Counted from the first letter of the stretch, positions 28,031 through 38,306 are shown. The stretch is 64,000 bases of DNA from Bacteroidales bacterium (GCA_026416095.1 JAOAFV010000041.1:696-64695); one strand, 5' to 3'. The notes: generated by a model from the letters alone, not told the origin. Numbers and translations are program-made.

Positions 28031-29167
28031 ATGCTATTTAAAGATATAATTGGACAGGAAAAAATAAAAGAATATCTAATAGAGGTAGCAAAAAAAAATA
28101 AAATTCCCCATGCTTTGTTGTTCACAGGCCCAGAAGGGGCGGGGAAACTAGCCACGGCAATTGCTTTCGCTCAATATGTTAATTGTCTTGATGAAAATAA
28201 AAATGATGATTCATGTAATAATTGTGAATCTTGTAGTAAGATAAAAAAATTATTACATCCTGATATACATTTTGTTTTTCCCATATATAAAGGTTCTTCT
28301 AAAGGAAATGTGTGCGATGATTTTATTGAATTGTGGAGAAATTTCATTTTGAACCACATATATTTTAAAGCAACAGATTGGTATAACATTATAGCTAAAG
28401 ATAAGGGTCAACCAACAATATATGCCGAAGAAACTTTGCAAATAATTAATAAAGCAAATACAAAGAAGAGCGAAGCAAAGTATAAATTTATTATTATTTA
28501 TCAGCCCGAACGAATGAACATAAGTTCGGCAAATAAACTTCTAAAAATACTTGAAGAACCATATTTTGGAACTGTTTTTATACTTATTTCGTCAAATCAA
28601 GAATTATTGTTACCAACAATTGTTTCAAGATGTCAGCATATTCGTTTCCCGGTGGTAGATTTTAATGCTTTAAAAGAGTACTTAAAAATTAAATTTCCTA
28701 ATGTTGACGAACAAATTCTTCATCAGTCAATAATTCTTTCAGAAGGCAATGTTGCTCATTGTATTGAATTGCTTAATAGAGACGAAGCACTTAAAAATTA
28801 TCTTAATCTTTATATTCAAATAATGCGTATTGCATATACAATTTCCACAAAAAAAACAGATTATCAAAAAATTACTCAAATAGTCGAAGAATTATTACAG
28901 CTAAGCAAAGAACAGCAAAAAGACTTTATTAAATATTGTATTCGCTATACTCGCGATAATCTGATGTACGGCTTAAAACAAAAAGCTATTACTTTTTTGA
29001 GTAAGGAAGAACGGGAGTTTAGCGAAAAATTTTCTAATTTTGTTACATTAAGTTTTGCTGAAAACTTATATCGTAACCTTTCAGAAACATTATATCACAT
29101 AGAAAGAAACGCGAATGCTCGAATTGTTTTTACTGATCTTATCTTGAAAATTAAAGATTATTTCTGA
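28031..29167 (+). CDS. holB: DNA polymerase III subunit delta-prime
   Basis: Motifs IIGQEKIKEYL...IPHALLFTGPEGAGKLATAIAFAQYVNC, a Cys-rich zinc-module-like CNNCESCSKI, ANKLLKILEEP and IVSRCQ are present. Confidence 0.85.
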   Translation: MLFKDIIGQEKIKEYLIEVAKKNKIPHALLFTGPEGAGKLATAIAFAQYVNCLDENKNDDSCNNCESCSKIKKLLHPDIHFVFPIYKGSSKGNVCDDFIELWRNFILNHIYFKATDWYNIIAKDKGQPTIYAEETLQIINKANTKKSEAKYKFIIIYQPERMNISSANKLLKILEEPYFGTVFILISSNQELLLPTIVSRCQHIRFPVVDFNALKEYLKIKFPNVDEQILHQSIILSEGNVAHCIELLNRDEALKNYLNLYIQIMRIAYTISTKKTDYQKITQIVEELLQLSKEQQKDFIKYCIRYTRDNLMYGLKQKAITFLSKEEREFSEKFSNFVTLSFAENLYRNLSETLYHIERNANARIVFTDLILKIKDYF

Positions 29168-30635
29168 AAAAAGTTAATCTTTGACCTTTTGAAATTCCGC
29201 AATAAATGAAAAAATTTTTGTTGTTAATTGTAGCATTTGTGCCTGCAAATAAATAAACCAAATACTTTTTCGACAATAAATAATATATGTCGAAGTAAAG
29301 ATAAATATTTTTTTGTAAATTACCACTCAGCAAAAAATTTCCATAATCATTTCTTTTGTAATTATATGAAACGTAAATATTATCGCCTCTATTAATGCTG
29401 TCGGTTTTCCCTTGATATTGTAAAAAAGAAAATGTCGTAAAAATGAAATTACTAAAAGGATATTGTAAAACTAATATAACTTCAAGAAAGTTTGAACCCA
29501 TAGGATGTGCAAGTGGATAGTGATTATTTCCCCAATTTTTAAGATAAGTTGAATGAGAATAGGTAAAAGGCATGCATACATTAGTTTCGACAAGAGTGTA
29601 AAAATTGTCGATGTTAAAAGTGTTATAGCATTTGTATCCAAATTGAAAAGCATACTTGTTGCCCCACCACCCCTTTTTCGTTTTGAATTCTTTAAGATAA
29701 AACTCATCGACTAGAATTTGTAAGTATAAATAAGAAGCTTTAAAAAACTTATGAGTTAAGCCAAATCCCAATAAGACATTGTCTGGTGACCCGAGAGCCC
29801 ATTCTACTGGTCGAAAAAAAATAAATGGATTTATGTAATTAATTTCAATCCCTCTTTTCCCAATGCTATCAATTGGTTGCCAAATTACTGTTTCAAAAGC
29901 ATTAAGATTTAGATGCTTAGTTAATTCAAAATTAACATAATGACATGTGCTATATTTTTTTGAAAATTTTTCGTTGAAAAATTTAAATTTGGGCTCGTTA
30001 AAGAAAGAATAGAGAATTGAATATTCTATTCGCCAAGTTTTTGTTGTTCCCTTAATGTAAGGATATAAACATCCCTGATTTGATAAAAATAAAGACCTGT
30101 AACCATCGCCTACAAACTGATGGCCATACCCTCCTTCAATATGTAAAAAGGGGTATAGTTTAAAATATACTGTAAATTCTGGATTTATGGAGTAAAGTAA
30201 GTTGTTTTTATAGGAGCTAAAAATTCCTGTATAAGGTAAAATGTTAGTAGAGTCAATAAGTTTAGTTTGAAACTTTGTTGGTTTTATTAGAAAAGTACTA
30301 ACAGTACCCGAAATTCCATATTTGTTTGATTTTCCCGCTTTGTAATGAAAACCAGTATTATTAATAAAACTATTATCGGAACAGTAATCAATAGTTAAAA
30401 AAGGATTTAAAAACAAAAAATAGTTTGAATCGTTTGTTAAATTGTACCATCCATTATTAATTAAACTTTCGTTGTGCATGTTAACAAATGTATGCTTATT
30501 TAATTTATAGCTATCTTTATAGTAAATGTTATATTCGTCAGCATATTTCAGAAAATTTTTATTGTTTAAAAGTGCAATTTGAGAAAATGTGGTCATGTAA
30601 ACATACAATAGAGTAAATATTAAATGTTTCATCAT
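29151..30635 (-). CDS. Outer-membrane hypothetical protein (possibly RemB/Wzi-like)
   Basis: It has a signal peptide and is very rich in aromatic and beta-strand residues. A GHQFVGDGYRSLFLS motif resembles the one I recall in RemB/Wzi-type proteins. The family name is tentative. Confidence 0.55.
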   Translation of the reverse strand: MMKHLIFTLLYVYMTTFSQIALLNNKNFLKYADEYNIYYKDSYKLNKHTFVNMHNESLINNGWYNLTNDSNYFLFLNPFLTIDYCSDNSFINNTGFHYKAGKSNKYGISGTVSTFLIKPTKFQTKLIDSTNILPYTGIFSSYKNNLLYSINPEFTVYFKLYPFLHIEGGYGHQFVGDGYRSLFLSNQGCLYPYIKGTTKTWRIEYSILYSFFNEPKFKFFNEKFSKKYSTCHYVNFELTKHLNLNAFETVIWQPIDSIGKRGIEINYINPFIFFRPVEWALGSPDNVLLGFGLTHKFFKASYLYLQILVDEFYLKEFKTKKGWWGNKYAFQFGYKCYNTFNIDNFYTLVETNVCMPFTYSHSTYLKNWGNNHYPLAHPMGSNFLEVILVLQYPFSNFIFTTFSFLQYQGKTDSINRGDNIYVSYNYKRNDYGNFLLSGNLQKNIYLYFDIYYLLSKKYLVYLFAGTNATINNKNFFIYCGISKGQRLTFFRNNL

Positions 30636-30689
30636 TCAAACATAATAAATTTGAAGTAAAGAAAAAAATTTAGAAACTTTGCAATATAA

Positions 30690-31685
30690 ATGATAGCAAT
30701 AACTGGTAGTACTGGATTTGTAGGATCACATTTATTGCTAGATTTCTGTAGGCAAAATAAAGAATTTATTGCTATTAAACGAGAGAATTCTGATATTCGA
30801 TATACGTTGAAAATATTTGAAATAAACGATGCTTTGAATTTATTTGATAAAATAAAATGGCTAAATTGCGATCTTACTAATTACCTCGATGTTTACGAAA
30901 AGTTAAAAGGTGTATCTGTTTTAATTCATGCAGCAGCAGTTGTTAGTTTAACGTCGAATTCTAATTCCCTAATAAAAAATAATGTAGAAATTACCAAAAA
31001 CATTGTAAACGCATGTACTCAGCATAATGTTAAATTGGTACATATAAGCTCAATAGCTACATTAGCAATGAAAAATAATATTGGTAAAGAAGAATACAAA
31101 ATAAATCCAAATGATTTTCATAGTAAATATACCTTATCTAAATATTTTTCTGAATTAGAGGTGTGGAAAGGAATGGAGGAAGGTTTACAAGCTATAATAT
31201 TGCATCCGTCGGTTATTATTGGTTATTTAAAAAATGAAAGGTTAATGACTAGATTGTATAAATATTTTAGAAAAAGATATATTTATATTCCAGATATTAT
31301 TGTAAGTATTGTTGATGTAAAAGATGTAATTAAAGCTATTAATATAATTATCGATAAAGATTTATTTGATAATGAGAATTTCATAATAACTGCATATAAT
31401 ATAAAATTGCAAGAAATAGTACGGTTGATAAACCAGAAATTTAAGGTGAATAGTAAAATTAAAATTGTAAACGTCGATAAATTTAAAATGTTATTTAAAA
31501 TAGGCGATATTTTTTCAAGAGTTTTTAGGTTGAATATATTAAATTCAAATATGTTAAATTTGCTTAAAAAAAATTACATTTACGATAACTCTAAATTTAT
31601 TAAGAAAGTTAATTTTATATATACTCCTTTAGAGCAAACACTTGAAGATGTGATAATAAAATATGAAAAAATTAATAAAACATAA
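30690..31685 (+). CDS. NAD-dependent epimerase/dehydratase family (extended SDR) protein
   Basis: It has ITGSTGFVGSHL (GxxGxxG) and YTLSKYFSE (YxxxK). Confidence 0.8.
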   Translation: MIAITGSTGFVGSHLLLDFCRQNKEFIAIKRENSDIRYTLKIFEINDALNLFDKIKWLNCDLTNYLDVYEKLKGVSVLIHAAAVVSLTSNSNSLIKNNVEITKNIVNACTQHNVKLVHISSIATLAMKNNIGKEEYKINPNDFHSKYTLSKYFSELEVWKGMEEGLQAIILHPSVIIGYLKNERLMTRLYKYFRKRYIYIPDIIVSIVDVKDVIKAINIIIDKDLFDNENFIITAYNIKLQEIVRLINQKFKVNSKIKIVNVDKFKMLFKIGDIFSRVFRLNILNSNMLNLLKKNYIYDNSKFIKKVNFIYTPLEQTLEDVIIKYEKINKT

Positions 31686-32541
31686 GCTTTTCATATTGAT
31701 TTCTCTTGGCATGATTTGGGGTGCTTCTTTTATATTAATTAAAAAAAGTTTAACTGTATTTTCGTTTTCAGAAGTTGCTTTACTACGATTATCTATAGCT
31801 GGTTTAGTTCTTCTACCATTTTCTATAAAAGCAATGAAAGAATTAACTAAAAAAGAACTGCTTTACTTAATGGAACCGGCTTTTATAGGAAATGGTATTC
31901 CGGCATTTATATTTGCTTACTCTCAACAATACATTAATAGTAACGAAGCAGCCATACTTAATTCTTTAACTCCTATTTTTACCGTTATTATTTCTTACCT
32001 TTTTTTTAAAGCTCCTGAAAGCAAAAATATAATAATAGGTATAATATTAGGATTTTTAGGTTCGCTTATACTTATTGTTTCTTCAGAAGGAAACTATAAA
32101 GTGCATCTGCTTTCGTATCTTTTATTAATATTGGCAACTATTATGTATGGTTTTAATACAAATTTTGTTAAAAATTACTGTGCTAATATAAAAAGTTCGT
32201 ATATTGCTTCAATCTCGTATTTTATATTTATTTTCTTGCTTCCTTTTATTGTTAATAACAATTTTATAAATAAGTTAAGTAACAATTATTTTGGCCTTTT
32301 GTACGTATTGTTATTAGGAATATTTTGTACAGGTTTGCCACTTATTTGGTTTAATGTTCTTTTAAAACAAGTAAGTGCTACTTATTCTAGCTATGTTACT
32401 TATATTATTCCTGTTTTTGCGTTTTTTTGGGCAGCCATTGACAACGAAATATTTACTATTTTTCATATTATAGCAATTTTTTTAATATTAAGCGGGGTTT
32501 TTATTATTAATAAAAAGGATAAGATTTATGCACCTAAGTAG
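31663..32541 (+). CDS. EamA/DMT-family transporter
   Basis: It is a ten-helix-type hydrophobic protein with two EamA-like halves, 292 aa long. Confidence 0.75.
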   Translation: MKKLIKHKLFILISLGMIWGASFILIKKSLTVFSFSEVALLRLSIAGLVLLPFSIKAMKELTKKELLYLMEPAFIGNGIPAFIFAYSQQYINSNEAAILNSLTPIFTVIISYLFFKAPESKNIIIGIILGFLGSLILIVSSEGNYKVHLLSYLLLILATIMYGFNTNFVKNYCANIKSSYIASISYFIFIFLLPFIVNNNFINKLSNNYFGLLYVLLLGIFCTGLPLIWFNVLLKQVSATYSSYVTYIIPVFAFFWAAIDNEIFTIFHIIAIFLILSGVFIINKKDKIYAPK

Positions 32542-34123
32542 ATGGCAAAGAGTATTCTTATCGGTTTGTAGTGGCATTCTTTTATCAGGAGGATGGGCTG
32601 GTTCGTACTGGCAACTAATGGTATTTTTTGCTTTTGTACCTTTACTAATTATCGAACACTTTTTTTGTACATATAAAAATGAGTACAAGGCATACTATTT
32701 TTTTCGTCTCTCATTTTTAAGTTTTCTAATATGGAATGCTCTTTCTGTGTGGTGGATTTATTATGCTACTATTATTGGGGCAATTCTTGCTATTGTCTTA
32801 AACGCTTTATTTATGACACTTGTAATGTATTTATATCATATATTTAAAAGAAGAAATTCATTATTTCTCTCTTGTGTCTTTTTTATTGTTGTATGGCTTT
32901 CTTTTGAGTATATTCACCTAAACTGGGAATTATCGTGGCCCTGGCTCACATTAGGTAACGCCTTCTCTGAAAACACTTGGCTAATTCAATGGTACGAGTA
33001 TACAGGAGTATTAGGGGGTTCTTTATGGATATTAGTAATTAATCTCTTAATTTTTCTAATGATTATTAAATGGTACGAAAATAATTGGACACCAAGAAGT
33101 TTAATTTATACTTTTATTGTCGTATTAATTTTTCCAACAGGATTTTCGCTATGGCGTTATTTTACTTATAAAGAATGTGGAAATAAAGCAAAGGTATTAG
33201 TAATACAACCTAATATAGATCCATATAACGATAAATTTACAGGAATGAGTGTTGAGCAACAAATAGAAAGAATGAAATATCTAATAAAAAAAGGTTACGA
33301 TCAAGAAGTAGAATATGTTGTTTGCCCAGAAACTGCATTACCTCAAGGAATATGGGAAGAGGATCTTAAGATTCATCCACATGTTAAAGAATTCATTGAG
33401 ATGTCGAAACAACTTAATGTAAAATTTGTTATTGGTGCCTCTACATTTAAGTATTATAAGACTAAAGAAACTTCAACAGCAAGAAAATTAGAAGGTGGTT
33501 ATTACGATGCATTTAATACGGTTTTATTTATAGATAAAGATAATATTCAGATTTATCATAAAAGTTTATTAGTACTTGGTGTAGAAAAAATGCCATTTTC
33601 AGAATTTTTAGGTTTTCTTGAACCGTTAGCATTAGATTTAGGTGGCACAAGCGGTAGTTTAGGGGTACAAGATACTCCTACGGTGTTTGTAAATAAAACA
33701 AAAATAGCACCTGCTATTTGCTACGAATCGATATATGGTGAGTATTTATCGAAGTTTATTAAGAAAGGTGCACAATGGTTATGTGTTGTTACTAATGATG
33801 GCTGGTGGGGCGATACTCCTGGTTATAAGCAACATTTATCATATAGCCGACTGCGTGCAATCGAATTTAGAAAGTATATAGCTCGCTCAGCAAATACTGG
33901 TATCTCGGCCATTATAAATCAAAAAGGTGATATAATTAATAGGACCTTATGGTGGAAACCAATGTATGTAAAAAATTACATCTTATTTAATAATACTGAA
34001 ACTTTTTATTCTGTTGCTGGAGATTACCTTGGAAGAATTTCTTTATTTATTTTATCCGTTCTAACAACTTATGCAATTTCGCAGTCTTTTCAAAGATATT
34101 TAGAAAAAAGAAAATTAACCTAA
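32528..34123 (+). CDS. lnt: Apolipoprotein N-acyltransferase
   Basis: The N-terminal half is polytopic. The C-terminal half is a nitrilase-like domain (VVCPETALP...APAICYESIYGE...TNDGWWGDTPGYKQH...RAIE.R...RSANTGIS). Confidence 0.85.
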   Translation: MHLSRWQRVFLSVCSGILLSGGWAGSYWQLMVFFAFVPLLIIEHFFCTYKNEYKAYYFFRLSFLSFLIWNALSVWWIYYATIIGAILAIVLNALFMTLVMYLYHIFKRRNSLFLSCVFFIVVWLSFEYIHLNWELSWPWLTLGNAFSENTWLIQWYEYTGVLGGSLWILVINLLIFLMIIKWYENNWTPRSLIYTFIVVLIFPTGFSLWRYFTYKECGNKAKVLVIQPNIDPYNDKFTGMSVEQQIERMKYLIKKGYDQEVEYVVCPETALPQGIWEEDLKIHPHVKEFIEMSKQLNVKFVIGASTFKYYKTKETSTARKLEGGYYDAFNTVLFIDKDNIQIYHKSLLVLGVEKMPFSEFLGFLEPLALDLGGTSGSLGVQDTPTVFVNKTKIAPAICYESIYGEYLSKFIKKGAQWLCVVTNDGWWGDTPGYKQHLSYSRLRAIEFRKYIARSANTGISAIINQKGDIINRTLWWKPMYVKNYILFNNTETFYSVAGDYLGRISLFILSVLTTYAISQSFQRYLEKRKLT

Positions 34124-34807
34124 ATCACTAATTTTTTCGAGTTTTTTATAGTTAAAAATTTTTATTTTTCTTTTTTCTACTTTAAGAATATTTTCTTCTT
34201 CGAATTGGCGAAGAGTTCTAATAGCATTAGAATTTGTCATGTTACTTAAACTAGCAATATCTTCGCGCGATAAATATGCTTTAATTGTTACATTATCATC
34301 TTCGAAGCCATAGGTATCTATAAGTACTAGCAAAGCCTCTGCTAAGCGCCCTCTTACGTGTTTTTGTGTTAAAGTAACACAGCGACTGTTTGAAAAGCCA
34401 AGCTCAGTTGCCAGATACTTAATTATTTGCAATGAAAGCGAACTATTATTTTTCAACACTTCGAAAAATGGGTCTTTTTGTATAATCATAATGGTAGATG
34501 GTTCTAATGTCATCGACGATGCTCTATATTCCTCGTCAGCAAGAAGTGCTCTATATCCTATAAAACCAACTGGTTTTGCAAGTCTAATAATTTGTTCTCT
34601 TCCGCCTATGCCTTCTTTATAAACTTTTACTTTCCCTTCCGATAAGCAAATTAATCCTGATGGTCTTTCTCCTTCATGGTATATAATTTCGTTCTTTTTT
34701 AAATTTATACAATTATGATTTTCATTTAAGTATTCTAACTCTTCTTCTGTTAAATACGAAAACAACTTTCTAATTTTTACCTTAAAATCGCAAGTTCGAG
34801 CATGCAT
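34115..34807 (-). CDS. Crp/Fnr-family transcriptional regulator
   Basis: It has a cNMP-binding-like beta-roll (GERPSGLICLSEGKVKVYKEGIGGREQIIRLAKPVGFIGY) and a C-terminal HTH (REDIASLSNMTNSNAIRTLRQFEE). The 3' end overlaps the lnt 3' end by 9 nt (convergent). Confidence 0.85.
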   Translation of the reverse strand: MHARTCDFKVKIRKLFSYLTEEELEYLNENHNCINLKKNEIIYHEGERPSGLICLSEGKVKVYKEGIGGREQIIRLAKPVGFIGYRALLADEEYRASSMTLEPSTIMIIQKDPFFEVLKNNSSLSLQIIKYLATELGFSNSRCVTLTQKHVRGRLAEALLVLIDTYGFEDDNVTIKAYLSREDIASLSNMTNSNAIRTLRQFEEENILKVEKRKIKIFNYKKLEKISDLG

Positions 34808-34824
34808 GTTACACTCACATTTTT

Positions 34825-34853
34825 ATTACAAATTTACTTTATAAATTTGTAAT
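34825..34853. promoter_or_regulatory. Perfect 12-bp inverted repeat containing a -7 box on each strand, upstream of the Crp/Fnr gene
   Basis: The sequence is ATTACAAATTTA-cttta-TAAATTTGTAAT. The minus-strand TAAATTTG (34836-34829) lies 21 nt before ATG 34807. Confidence 0.4.
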
Positions 34854-35044
34854 ATACAAATATTTAAGATATTTTTTAGAGCTTTTTAAAATACACAGAT
34901 TATTTTAATGTTAACACAAAGTAGAGTTCTTTAAAAAGAAGAAATACAAACCTAATTATAAGTTCGTGTGTATTATTATGTAAAATCGTAAATAATTTTA
35001 AAAGTTAGAGTTTAAAAAAACTTCAATGTAAAATTACAATGAAT

Positions 35045-36457
35045 TTAATATCTATAATGGTCTGGTTTGTAAGGCCCATTGATATCAACACCTATGTATT
35101 TTGCTTGTTTTTCTGTGAGTTTAGTTAACTTTGCTCCAATATGTTCTAAGTGCAAGCGTGCAACTTCTTCGTCGAGATATTTAGGTAGGCGATAAACACC
35201 TATTTTGTAATCTTTCTGATATAGGTCAATTTGAGCAAGAGTTTGATTTGTAAACGAATTGCTCATAACAAACGAAGGATGCCCTGCTGCGCAACCAAGG
35301 TTTACAAGACGCCCCTCGGCAAGTAGTATTATTGAATGTCCATCGGGAAATATATACTTATCAACTTGTGGTTTAATATTTACCTTTTTTATGCCTGGAT
35401 AAGAGTTTAACCTGTCTACTTGAATTTCGTTATCAAAGTGTCCTATATTACATACTATAGAATTATCTTTCATTTTTAGCATATGTTCAAGAGTAATAAC
35501 GTCGCAATTACCTGTTGCTGTAACGAAGATTGTAGCTTCCGATAAAGCGTCTTCGATTGTTGTAACTTCATAGCCTTCCATGGCTGCTTGTAATGCGCAA
35601 ATTGGGTCGATTTCGGATATTAGTACTCTTGCTCCATAATTGCGTAAAGCTCGTGCCGAACCTTTTCCTACATCGCCATATCCGGCAACTATAGCCACTT
35701 TACCTGCTATCATTCGATTAGTGGCGCGTTTTATTCCATCGATCAACGATTCGCGACAACCGTATAGATTATCGAATTTCGACTTAGTTACAGAGTCGTT
35801 TACATTTATAGCAGGAAATAATAGTTCTCCTTTCTGATACATCTGATATAAGCGATGAACTCCTGTTGTGGTTTCTTCGCTAACACCACGAATATTTTTA
35901 ACCATTCTGTGCCACTTAGTAGGGTCTTCTTTTAATTGCTCTTTTAAAAGTTTTTTTATAATTTCTTCATCTTTTGATTCTGAAGGTGAATCAAGAAAAG
36001 TAGGATCATTTTCGGCCTTATACCCCCAATGTACTAGTAATGTAGCATCGCCACCATCGTCGATAATGGAAGTAGGCCCGTTACCATCGGGAAATGTTAG
36101 TGCTTGTAATGTACACCACCAATATTCTTCGAGAGTTTCTCCTTTCCATGCAAAAACAGGAATTCCTTCTTTTGCAATTGCCGCAGCGGCATGGTCTTGC
36201 GTCGAAAAAATATTACAACTACACCACCTTACTTCTGCTCCTAACTCAACAAGTGTCTCAATTAGCACAGCAGTTTCTACAGTCATGTGTAGCGAACCAG
36301 TAATTTTTGCCCCTTTTAAAGGTTTTGTGGGACCATATTTCTTTCGCAATGTCATTAAACCTGGCATTTCTTTTTCTGCAAGTTGTATTTCTTTTCTTCC
36401 CCATTCCGCTAATTCAATGTCTTTAATCTTATAAGGTAAAATTTCTGTTTTTAGCAT
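35045..36457 (-). CDS. ahcY: Adenosylhomocysteinase
   Basis: Motifs [59 protein letters not shown] and GHFDNEI are present. The ATG at 36457 (MLKTEIL...) is preferred over the TTG at 36475 used in the ORF track. Confidence 0.95.
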   Translation of the reverse strand: MLKTEILPYKIKDIELAEWGRKEIQLAEKEMPGLMTLRKKYGPTKPLKGAKITGSLHMTVETAVLIETLVELGAEVRWCSCNIFSTQDHAAAAIAKEGIPVFAWKGETLEEYWWCTLQALTFPDGNGPTSIIDDGGDATLLVHWGYKAENDPTFLDSPSESKDEEIIKKLLKEQLKEDPTKWHRMVKNIRGVSEETTTGVHRLYQMYQKGELLFPAINVNDSVTKSKFDNLYGCRESLIDGIKRATNRMIAGKVAIVAGYGDVGKGSARALRNYGARVLISEIDPICALQAAMEGYEVTTIEDALSEATIFVTATGNCDVITLEHMLKMKDNSIVCNIGHFDNEIQVDRLNSYPGIKKVNIKPQVDKYIFPDGHSIILLAEGRLVNLGCAAGHPSFVMSNSFTNQTLAQIDLYQKDYKIGVYRLPKYLDEEVARLHLEHIGAKLTKLTEKQAKYIGVDINGPYKPDHYRY

Positions 36458-36745
36458 TTTTAAAAATTTTTGCAAAGTAAATAAATTTTACATTAAAATA
36501 AAACGTAAAATTGCTATTGTTTCATTCTTATTTTAGATTTGATGCATTCTTTTATAGGCTTGTTATTAAATTTTTAAGCTTGTTAAAGGAAAAAGTTTTT
36601 TGCTTATTATGAAAAAATGATTACTTAATTGAAAAAAAATTTCTTTCTTTAAAGAATTAAATTTCTGAAGAAAAATTCAGTTTAATAAAATACTATTTTA
36701 AAGAACTTAAAAAGTTTATATTATTATGCTAAAAAAATAAAAAGA

Positions 36746-36839
36746 ATATAGTCTAAGCATGTTTGTTTGAAAGTAAGATAGAAAAAGCACTGTCAGAGCT
36801 TCGCAATGAAATATAGTCTAAACATGTTTTTTTGAAAGT
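36746..36839 (+). repeat. Two copies of a 29-bp direct repeat (27/29 identical) with 65-bp periodicity
   Basis: ATATAGTCTAAGCATGTTTGTTTGAAAGT lies at 36746-36774 and ATATAGTCTAAACATGTTTTTTTGAAAGT at 36811-36839. Confidence 0.7.
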
Positions 36840-37208
36840 CGTAAGAACAATAAATACTTTAAAGAGGGAACAAAGTAAAAATAGTGAATTTTAAAGCTAC
36901 AGCAAATTTAATTAACAATTATTTTTTAATTTTAAACCATAAAATAATGTTAAACAATCGTGAAATTTGGAAGTAAATAGCAGCTAAATAATAAAAAGCA
37001 TATTTGAACATTGCTTTAATGAGAAATGTATTTATCTTAAACGAAATGAAAAGTTTATTGTTAAGAGCAACTATTTAGTAATTAAATATTTTCTTATGTA
37101 TTGTACAATGCATACAGTCTAAAAATATGGTTTAGAACTGCTTTCTAATCTACTGACATGTTATGTTGCAAATAATTTTTGCAAGATTTTAATTTTAAAT
37201 TTAAAAAA

Positions 37209-38007
37209 ATGGTAAATTCAGAAGAATTAAAAAAAAAATAGTTAAAGATGCATATACAGCAATAGTCAAGAATAAAACAAATTGCGGGTGTTTAACATCG
37301 TATTATAATTCAGACTCGTTTTTGTTAGCTAAAGAGAATTATTAAGAATATAGTAGGTCATCAGGCAATTGCCGATTACGGTTTAGGGTGTGGAACATCC
37401 ACAGAAATAGCAAATACTAAAGAAGAAGATGTTGTGTTAGATTTAGGTTCTGGAGCGGGAATCGGTGTATTTATAGCAAGAGGCAAAGTTGGCGAATCAG
37501 GTAAAGTTATTGGTGTTGATTTTGCCAAAGTTATGATTGAAAAAGCTAATAAAAATAAGGTAAAATTAGGTTACAAAAATGTCGAGTTTATATTAGGAGA
37601 TATAGAAAATTTGCCAATTTTATCGGAATCGGTCGATGTTGTTATAAGTAACTGGGTAATTAATTTAGTTCATAGTAAGAAGAAGGTATATCACGAAATT
37701 TTTAGGGTTTTAAAATCAGGTGGCCATTTTTGTATATCCGATGTGTCATTAAATTCAGATTTACCGAAAGGTATATTAGATATTGTAGAAATGTAGGTAG
37801 GATGCGTAGCAGGAGTTTTAAAAAAAGAAGAATATTTAAAAATAATAGAAAAAACTGGCTTTAAAAATATAGAAGTTAAAAAAGAAAACAAAATTAATTT
37901 GCCCGATAGCCTTTTGTTACAATTTATAAATCAAGATGAACTTTCGAAATATAAAAGTCAACAGCCTTTTAATATTTAGCGTTACAATAGTTGCTCAAAA
38001 ACCTTAA
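37209..38007 (+). pseudogene. arsM: Arsenite S-adenosylmethionine methyltransferase pseudogene (multiple frameshifts and an in-frame stop)
   Basis: Stitching three frames gives MVNSEELKK(I)VKDAYTAIVKNKTNCGC...GLGCGTSTEIA...VVLDLGSGAGIGVFIARGKVGESGKVIGVDF...NVEFILGDIENLPI...VDVVISNWVINL...FRVLKSGGHFCISDV...EM*VGCVAG...FSVTIVAQKP*. See the findings for the individual lesions. Confidence 0.85.
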
Positions 38008-38306
38008 TGTTTTACATAGACTAAATAAAATTAAATTTATTGATTTTACGACTTACAAAAGATTTTGAGTAAGAAGATTTGAAAAATAGGGCATTGTTTT
38101 TGAATGTAAAGAAACTTTTAAATACCAACCATAATAACAAAAATGTTAATCTTGTATGGTTCATTCTTTAAAATTAACTTAATGTTAAATGTTTCTTAAT
38201 TTGTAAAAGGCATAGTTATTTTCCGAAGTCAAATGTACTTATTTAAATATTTTTTCTAAAACTTTGAAAATAAGGTTGAAAATTTTTACAATTGCAAAAA
38301 ATTTAT

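Noticed and set aside
27973-28155. Minus-strand 60-aa ORF between the symporter and holB
   Set aside because: It overlaps the holB 5' coding region in antisense and runs over the symporter start. It has no motifs.
35640-36434. Plus-strand ORFs of 65, 188 and 69 aa inside the ahcY locus
   Set aside because: They lie entirely antisense to a very well supported ahcY gene. Their S/P/F-rich composition is typical of shadow frames.
36458-36700. SAH riboswitch in the ahcY leader
   Set aside because: No GC-rich pseudoknot-forming segments are visible, and this element is not expected in this phylum to my knowledge.
36746-36839. Possible CRISPR array, considered because a CARF gene is nearby
   Set aside because: There are only two repeat copies and they are not identical. 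The 36-bp spacing has no further repeats, and no cas genes are present. This does not meet minimal CRISPR criteria.
36476-37208. Decayed arsR gene upstream of the arsM pseudogene
   Set aside because: One frame gives KAYLNIALMRNVFILNEMKSLLLRATI, which only vaguely recalls an ArsR helix. There is no ELCVCDL-type motif and stops are frequent, so the evidence is insufficient.
37229-37238. A10 homopolymer as a phase-variation switch for arsM
   Set aside because: The gene carries at least three further independent lesions (two more frameshifts and an in-frame TAG). Restoring the tract length would therefore not restore the protein.
37691-37891. Minus-strand 66-aa ORF within the arsM pseudogene
   Set aside because: It is antisense to recognisable ArsM-derived sequence and has no motifs.
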